From: an uncultured delta proteobacterium
Lineage (GTDB): Bacteria > Myxococcota > UBA727 > VGSZ01
Length of the DNA: 64,000 nucleotides
NCBI GenBank assembly: GCA_963775425.1
Contig: CAVZJB010000005.1
Coordinates: forward strand, 448,001-512,000
Reading direction: 5' to 3'
How positions within the stretch are numbered: the first letter of the stretch is position 1; the number at the start of each line of letters is the position of its first letter. Below are positions 56,738-64,000 of the stretch, piece by piece. The notes under the pieces were generated by a model that saw only the letters and a program-made list of their open reading frames with translations, had not been told where the DNA came from and ran no database searches. Both the position numbers and the translations under genes were made by a program.

Positions 56738-58861
56738 GTGGACGTCCGCTGCGCCAAGTGCGGCATCGAGTACGAGTTCGACGACGCGAAGGTCACGGCG
56801 GCCGGCGTGACCGTCAAGTGCACCAATTGTGGCCACGTCTTCAAGGTGAAGCGGGAGGAGCCGGCCAGCGTGCCGCCCTCGCCCTCGACGTCGTTCGGCC
56901 AGGTCGGCAACTTCCAGCCACAGTCCACCTTCGCCAAGGGCATGGACGGCGGCGAGTGGATGGTGAAGCGCGTCGACGGTCAGGTGTTCCGCTTCAAGGA
57001 GCTCACCACGCTCCAGAAGTGGATCGTCGAGCGCAAGGTCGGCCGCGACGACGAGATCAGCAAGACCGGCCGAACCTGGAAGCGCCTCGGCGAGATCGCC
57101 GAGCTGGCGTCGTTCTTCCAGGTCGTCGACGCCGCCAACGCCGCGCTCCACGCGAGCGTCATCCCGGTGCAGCCGGCGATGCCGGCGCCGGGCATGGTGC
57201 AGGGCCTCGTGGTGGTGCCGTCGACGAACCCGGGGATGCCCGCCACCAACCCCGCCGCCGCGGCGCCGCCGGCCACGCCCACGCAGCCCGCGGACATCCA
57301 CGGGGCGCCCACGCAGCAATTGCCCGCGCAGCCCCAGCCGCCTCCGGCCGCGGCGCAGGTGGCGGCGTTCGGCCAGGCCCCGCAGACCCCGCCGCGGCCC
57401 CCGCCCGCGCAGCCCCCGCGGCCGCCGCCGCAGGCGCGCGATCCCGCTCCCCCCCAGCCGACGCCGCGCCCGCCGCCGCAGAGCAGCGGGCCCCGCGGCG
57501 TCGCCGTCGACGAGCTCGACGACGACGATCCGGTGTTGCAGATGATCCGCCGCCGGCGTCGCAACGCCGCGCTCTTCGTGGTGCTCGTGATCCTCGTGGC
57601 CGCCGGCGTCGGCGCCGCGCTGTATTGGCCGCAGGTGCAGAAGATCGTCGGCCTGACGCCGGCGGCGGCGGCCTCGTCGCCGCAGATCGAGGCGGCGAAG
57701 AAGGCGCTGCGCGCCGACGACCTCGCGGCCATCAAGGCCGCGCGCCAGAGCATCGCCGCCGACGCGTCGCCCGCGGGCAACGCGTGGGCCGTGCTCCTCG
57801 ACATCGCCACGGCGGCGCATGAAGACGAGCAGGCGCGCCTCGAAGACGAGCTCGCGGCGCTCCTGCCCGCGGGCTCTCCCGACGCGGGTCCGCACGCGGC
57901 GCGCGCCAAGACCCTGCGCGACAACGCCGCGGCGACGCTGTCGGGGGCGTACGCGTCCCTGAACACCGTGCGCGACACGCCGGGCCTCCCGGAGGGACAC
58001 CTCGCGTCGGCGGCGTACAACCTCGAAAAGGGCGGGCTCGCCGAGCAGCACGCGGACCTCGAGCAGGCGCGCTCGGCGGCCCAGGCCGGCGAGCTGTCGG
58101 CCGAGCAGGTCGCGGCGGAGCTCGAGGAGATCCGCATCGACCAGGCGCTCGGCGAGGTCCACGCCGCGCTCGGCGGGGGCGCCCAGGGCGACGCCAAGGG
58201 CGCCCTCGACAAGCTCCCCGCCGACGCCGACGGCCGCCTCACCTACGCCAGGGCCGCGCTGTCGGTGGCGATCGCGCAGCTCGACAAGGGCGACGCCGCG
58301 ATCGACGCCGCCAAGGCCGCCGTCGCCGCCGTCGCCGAGGGCGACGCCCGCGCCGCGCTCCTCGGGCAGATCCTCGGCACGCTCGCCCAGCCCGGCGCCG
58401 CCGTCGACGCCGGCGCCGCCGCGGCCGCCGTCGCCGACGCCGGCGTCGCCGTCGCCGCGGACGCCGGCGAAGCGGACGCGACGCCGGAGCACGAGCGCGC
58501 GCCCGCGAGCTACGAGGTGGTGATGGCGCAGGCCGAGCGCGCCCGCGTCAACGACCACAGCCGCGCCGCCCACGATCTCTTCCAGCGCGCCGCCAAGATG
58601 CGCCCCGGCAGCCCGCGCCCCTGGCTCGGCCTCGGCTGGGCGGCGCTCGACCTCGGCCGCAACACCGAAGCCGTCCGCGCGTTCAAAAAGGTGCTCTCGC
58701 TCGACGAAAACCTCGCCGAAGGCGAGTTCGGCCTCGCGGAGGCGCTCCGCTACTCCGGCGACAAGCAGCAGGCCATCCAGGCGTACAAGACGTACCTGAA
58801 GATGGCGCCGAACGCGAAAGACGCCGGCACCGCCCGCCGCGCCATCGAAGCCCTGCAGTAA
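56738..58861 (+). CDS. Zinc-ribbon membrane protein with C-terminal TPRs
   Basis: CAKC...CTNC ribbon, LQKWIVE..V motif, Pro/Gln linker, TM segment, TPR repeats. Confidence 0.85.
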   Translation: MDVRCAKCGIEYEFDDAKVTAAGVTVKCTNCGHVFKVKREEPASVPPSPSTSFGQVGNFQPQSTFAKGMDGGEWMVKRVDGQVFRFKELTTLQKWIVERKVGRDDEISKTGRTWKRLGEIAELASFFQVVDAANAALHASVIPVQPAMPAPGMVQGLVVVPSTNPGMPATNPAAAAPPATPTQPADIHGAPTQQLPAQPQPPPAAAQVAAFGQAPQTPPRPPPAQPPRPPPQARDPAPPQPTPRPPPQSSGPRGVAVDELDDDDPVLQMIRRRRRNAALFVVLVILVAAGVGAALYWPQVQKIVGLTPAAAASSPQIEAAKKALRADDLAAIKAARQSIAADASPAGNAWAVLLDIATAAHEDEQARLEDELAALLPAGSPDAGPHAARAKTLRDNAAATLSGAYASLNTVRDTPGLPEGHLASAAYNLEKGGLAEQHADLEQARSAAQAGELSAEQVAAELEEIRIDQALGEVHAALGGGAQGDAKGALDKLPADADGRLTYARAALSVAIAQLDKGDAAIDAAKAAVAAVAEGDARAALLGQILGTLAQPGAAVDAGAAAAAVADAGVAVAADAGEADATPEHERAPASYEVVMAQAERARVNDHSRAAHDLFQRAAKMRPGSPRPWLGLGWAALDLGRNTEAVRAFKKVLSLDENLAEGEFGLAEALRYSGDKQQAIQAYKTYLKMAPNAKDAGTARRAIEALQ

Positions 58862-58964
58862 GTGTGAGCGCGCCTGTCGGCGCGCGGGCTTTGTCGTCGG
58901 GGTCGTGCCGGGACTTCCTGCGAACCGGGATTGATTCGGTGCGTCAACGTGTTCTGGTCCTCAC

Positions 58965-59867
58965 ATGACCAAGCCGCTGTTCACCGGTGTCTACACCGCC
59001 CTCGTCACGCCCTTTCACGACGACGGCTCTCTCGATCTCGACGCGTACAAGAAGCTCATCGACGAGCAGCTCGCCGCCGGCGTGTCGGGCCTCGTGCCCA
59101 TGGGCACCACCGGCGAGTCCGTCACGCTCGACGACGAAGAGCAGGCGCGGTGCGTGAAGACCTGCGTCGACCTGTGCAAGGGCAAGGTCCCCGTGATCGC
59201 CGGCGCCGGCGCCAACGACACGCGCAAGGCCGTCGCCAAGCACAAGCAGATCGCGAGCCTCGGTGTCGACGGCTCGCTTCAGGTGGTGCCCTACTACAAC
59301 AAGCCCACGCAGGAGGGGCTCTACCGGCACTTCCGCACCGTCGCCGAGTCCAACCCGCTGCCCGTCGTGCTCTACAACGTCCCCGGCCGCACCGGCGTCG
59401 ACATGCTGCCGGAGACGGTGGCGCGCCTCGCCAGGGACTGCCCCACCATCGTCGCCATCAAGGAGGCGACGACCTCGGTGGCGCGGGCGCAGGAGCTCGT
59501 GAACAAGGTCGCCGAGACCGGGCGCCAGGACTTCGCCGTCCTCTCCGGCGACGACAGCCTCGTCCTCGGCCTCCTCGCCGTCGGCGGCCACGGCGTCATC
59601 TCGGTGATGTCGCATCTGTGCGCCCGGGAGCTCGCCGAGCTGCACACCGCGTTCGCCGCCGGCGACCTCGGGCGCGCGCAGGAGCTGGCCAGGAAGACGA
59701 GCCCGCTGTCGAGCATCCTGTTCTTCCGCACCTCCCCGCTGCCGGTGAAGACGGTGCTCGCCTGGCGCGGCCTCGTGAAGAAGAACTTCCGCCTGCCGCT
59801 GTGCCCGCTCGACGACGTCGAGGAGGCGCAGCTCAAAAAGATGCTCACGGCCGCGGGCTGGCTGTGA
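58965..59867 (+). CDS. dapA: 4-hydroxy-tetrahydrodipicolinate synthase
   Basis: TALVTPF, GTTGE, PYYNKP, LYNVPGRT, AIKEA, LSGDD. Confidence 0.95.
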   Translation: MTKPLFTGVYTALVTPFHDDGSLDLDAYKKLIDEQLAAGVSGLVPMGTTGESVTLDDEEQARCVKTCVDLCKGKVPVIAGAGANDTRKAVAKHKQIASLGVDGSLQVVPYYNKPTQEGLYRHFRTVAESNPLPVVLYNVPGRTGVDMLPETVARLARDCPTIVAIKEATTSVARAQELVNKVAETGRQDFAVLSGDDSLVLGLLAVGGHGVISVMSHLCARELAELHTAFAAGDLGRAQELARKTSPLSSILFFRTSPLPVKTVLAWRGLVKKNFRLPLCPLDDVEEAQLKKMLTAAGWL

Positions 59868-59919
59868 CCCGGCCTCCGCGCGCCACCTCGTCGCCAAGCG
59901 CGCTCCCGGGGCCGCGGCC

Positions 59920-60666
59920 GTGAGCCCGCCGGCCGAGCCCGCGCTCGTCGTCGTCGGCGCCGGCGGGCGCCTGGGGGCGCTCGTGTGCGGCGAGGCCGAG
60001 CGCGCCGGAATCGCGGTCGCCGCGCGCGTCGGCCGCGGGGGCTCGCTGGCGTCCGCGCTGGCGTCGCTCGCGATGCCGGCGCGCGCCTGCGTCGTCGACC
60101 TCGCCACCGCCGGCGCCACCGCCGCCCACGCCGCGGCCTGCGCCGTCGCCGGCGTGCCCTACGTCGTCGCCACCACGGGCCTCTCCGACGACGACGCGCG
60201 CGCCCTCGACGAGGCGGCGCACAAGGTGCCGGTGCTCGCGGCCGCCAACCTCTCCGTCAGCGCGCACGTGGTCGCGCGGCTCGTGGGCGAGGCGGCGGTG
60301 CGGCTGCGCGCGTACGACGTCGAGGTCGTCGAGGTGCACCACCGCAACAAGAAGGACGCGCCGAGCGGCACCGCCTTGATGCTGGCGGCGGCCGCGCGGG
60401 AGGCGCGCGGCGCCGGGGACGTCCGCCGGGCGCGCGACGGCGTGAGCCCGCGCGCCGCCGGCGAGATCGGGGTCGCGGCGGTGCGCGGCGGCGACGTCGT
60501 CGGTGAGCACACCGTGCACTTCTTCGGCGACGGCGAGCGCATCGACATCGTCCACCGGGTCACCGACCGCGCCGTCTTTGCGCGCGGCGCCCTCGCCGCC
60601 GCCCGCTTCGTCTCCGGCAAGCCCGCCGGTCGCTACCGCATGGCCGACGTCGTGGGCGGCGCGTGA
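59920..60666 (+). CDS. dapB: 4-hydroxy-tetrahydrodipicolinate reductase
   Basis: GAGGRLG, ATTG, EVHHRNKKDAPSGTA, RGGDVVGEH. Confidence 0.95.
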   Translation: MSPPAEPALVVVGAGGRLGALVCGEAERAGIAVAARVGRGGSLASALASLAMPARACVVDLATAGATAAHAAACAVAGVPYVVATTGLSDDDARALDEAAHKVPVLAAANLSVSAHVVARLVGEAAVRLRAYDVEVVEVHHRNKKDAPSGTALMLAAAAREARGAGDVRRARDGVSPRAAGEIGVAAVRGGDVVGEHTVHFFGDGERIDIVHRVTDRAVFARGALAAARFVSGKPAGRYRMADVVGGA

Positions 60667-61286
60667 CGCCCGTCGAGCGGCCGGGGAAGGTGGTCTGCGT
60701 CGGGCGCAACTACGCGGCCCACGCCAGGGAGCTGCAAAACGACGTCCCCGCGGAGCCCATCCTCTTCATCAAGCCCGCGTCGTCGGTGATCTTCCACGGT
60801 GACGCCATCGTCAGGCCCGTGCACATGAGCGCGCTCGTGCACCACGAGGGAGAGCTCGCCGTCGTCGTCGATCGCGCGATGCGTCGGATCCCCGAGGAGG
60901 CCGCGCTGTCGTACGTCCGCGGCTACACCTGCGCCAACGACGTCACCGCCCGCGACCTCCAGCGGCGCGACGTGCAGTTCACCCGCGCCAAGGGCTTCGA
61001 CACCTTCTGTCCGCTCGGCCCCCACGTCGTCGAGGTCGCCGACCCACAGGCGCTCGATATCGAGGTCACGGTCAACGGAGAGGTGCGCCAGCGGGGCAAC
61101 ACCCGGGACATGGTCTTTCCGGTCGCGCGCCTGCTCTCGTTCATCTCCGACGTCATGACCCTCGACGCCGGAGACGTGGTGCTCACGGGCACCCCGGCCG
61201 GGGTCGGGCCGCTCGCAAACGGCGACATCGTCCGCGTCACCATCGCCGGCATCGGCGCCCTGGAGAACCCGGTCGTGGACGGCTGA
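60663..61286 (+). CDS. Fumarylacetoacetate hydrolase family protein
   Basis: CVGRNYAAH, HHEGELAVV, NDVTARD, AKGFDTFCPLGP, TGTPAGV. Confidence 0.93.
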   Translation: MTPVERPGKVVCVGRNYAAHARELQNDVPAEPILFIKPASSVIFHGDAIVRPVHMSALVHHEGELAVVVDRAMRRIPEEAALSYVRGYTCANDVTARDLQRRDVQFTRAKGFDTFCPLGPHVVEVADPQALDIEVTVNGEVRQRGNTRDMVFPVARLLSFISDVMTLDAGDVVLTGTPAGVGPLANGDIVRVTIAGIGALENPVVDG

Positions 61287-61362
61287 CAACGAACACCGAT
61301 CCGTTTCCTGCGCGCGGGCCGAGTCCATCGTATAGTCCCCCACCTAGCGGGGGTCGCGAGGC

Positions 61363-61926
61363 GTGCCGATGGTGGATTGGAAGAGACTTCTCGAGGACGA
61401 CGAGCGTGCGCGCGCGGGTTCCGAGGAGGACAACGACGACTGGCGGCAAGAGGCGGCGGACAGCCTCTGCGAGCTCTACTACGAGACCTACCGGGCCCAG
61501 AAAGGCCGCGGCAAGCGCCTCGACCTCCGCCCCGGCAGCGACTTCCGGCGCTTCATGGACAGCCACCTCCGCCCGCTCTCCCGGCACGGCGTGTGGGAGG
61601 CCCTGTTCCCGAACCGCTCCTCGTCCACGAGCGCCCAGGCCATCGACGAGGCGCTGCACCTGCTCGCGGACACCAAGCTCGTCGATCGCGTGTTCTCCGG
61701 CGACATCGTCACCGTCACCAAGATCGTCACCAACATCCAGAAGAAGCGCGCCAAGTACCTCGAGCTCGAGGGCCGCAGCGCCATGGCCCTCGCCATGGCC
61801 GCCAGCGAGATGGACGGCGACCTCGACGAACCGCTCGACTCGGAGCTCGACGCCATCGAGGCCGACGTCGGCAACGACGACGAGGGCGGCGAGGTCGAGG
61901 AAGAAGCCTCCGGCGACGAGAACTAG
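61363..61926 (+). CDS. Hypothetical protein with acidic C-terminal tail
   Basis: Strong codon bias; D/E-rich last ~35 aa. Confidence 0.75.
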   Translation: MPMVDWKRLLEDDERARAGSEEDNDDWRQEAADSLCELYYETYRAQKGRGKRLDLRPGSDFRRFMDSHLRPLSRHGVWEALFPNRSSSTSAQAIDEALHLLADTKLVDRVFSGDIVTVTKIVTNIQKKRAKYLELEGRSAMALAMAASEMDGDLDEPLDSELDAIEADVGNDDEGGEVEEEASGDEN

Positions 61927-61977
61927 ACCTCCACGGCGGAAGTCTCGAGCCGGATAAGACGGGAGAATCGCTGTCCC

Positions 61978-62356
61978 GGGGGCGAGGACACGCACCGTTC
62001 GCCCCTGCGCCTTGATCCGCTGCCTCGTCGACTCCGGCGGCGCGACGCCCGCGCGTGTGACGGCGACGTCGAAAACGGCACGCGCGAGCGCGTCGGGTTG
62101 GTGCGCGCGAAGGCCTCACCGAGAGACGGAAGAATGCGTACGGCCTCGACGTCGCATCGCTGTCCCGGGTGGAGCGAGGGAACGAGCGCCGGGCGCACCA
62201 ACGCCGCCGCGCTCGCGGGTTGCGCCGGCGCGGGTCGGCAGAGCGCGCGTTGGCGCCGCCGGCTCCCGCTCGGGGCGAGGACACGCACCGTTCGCCCCCT
62301 GCGCCTTCACCCGCTGCCTCGGGGACTCACCGCGCACCGGCGGCGCGACGCCCGCG
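61978..62356. repeat. Imperfect ~80 bp direct repeat pair (61978-62053 and 62272-62356)
   Basis: Both start ggggcgaggacacgcaccgttcgcccc and end cggcggcgcgacgcccgcg. Confidence 0.85.
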
Positions 62357-62359
62357 GAG

Positions 62360-64000
<1,641 letters not shown>

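Noticed and set aside
61978-62356. Possible mini-CRISPR or attachment sites
   Set aside because: Only two long imperfect copies with a ~220 bp spacer; no cas or integrase

Overview
Very GC-rich, densely coding bacterial window with a myxobacterial (Myxococcota-like) gene repertoire: Hanks kinases, an FHA-AAA+ regulator, PEGA, PilZ, HDOD, zinc-ribbon/TPR and Cys-rich lipoproteins, and an OmpA/TSP3 protein. Housekeeping genes include icmF, clpX, dapA, dapB and a lone rplC. Top leads: (1) a stressosome-like RsbT-RsbS-RsbR-kinase module followed directly by a class I terpene synthase and a prenyl diphosphate synthase, with a divergent pseudo-receiver regulator and a nearby App1-type phosphatase; (2) a PAS-MenA prenyltransferase fusion behind a GbsR-type regulator with an apparent operator; (3) a candidate pseudoknotted ncRNA at about 4.2-4.4 kb; (4) a dispersed ~35 bp palindromic repeat that supplies stop codons. 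Other notable items are a lectin/heme-c/DUF1501 surface cluster and several degenerate enzymes. No tRNA, rRNA, CRISPR array, integrase or transposase was recognised. All calls come from motif reading by eye; starts were adjusted manually from the ORF track and are approximate.
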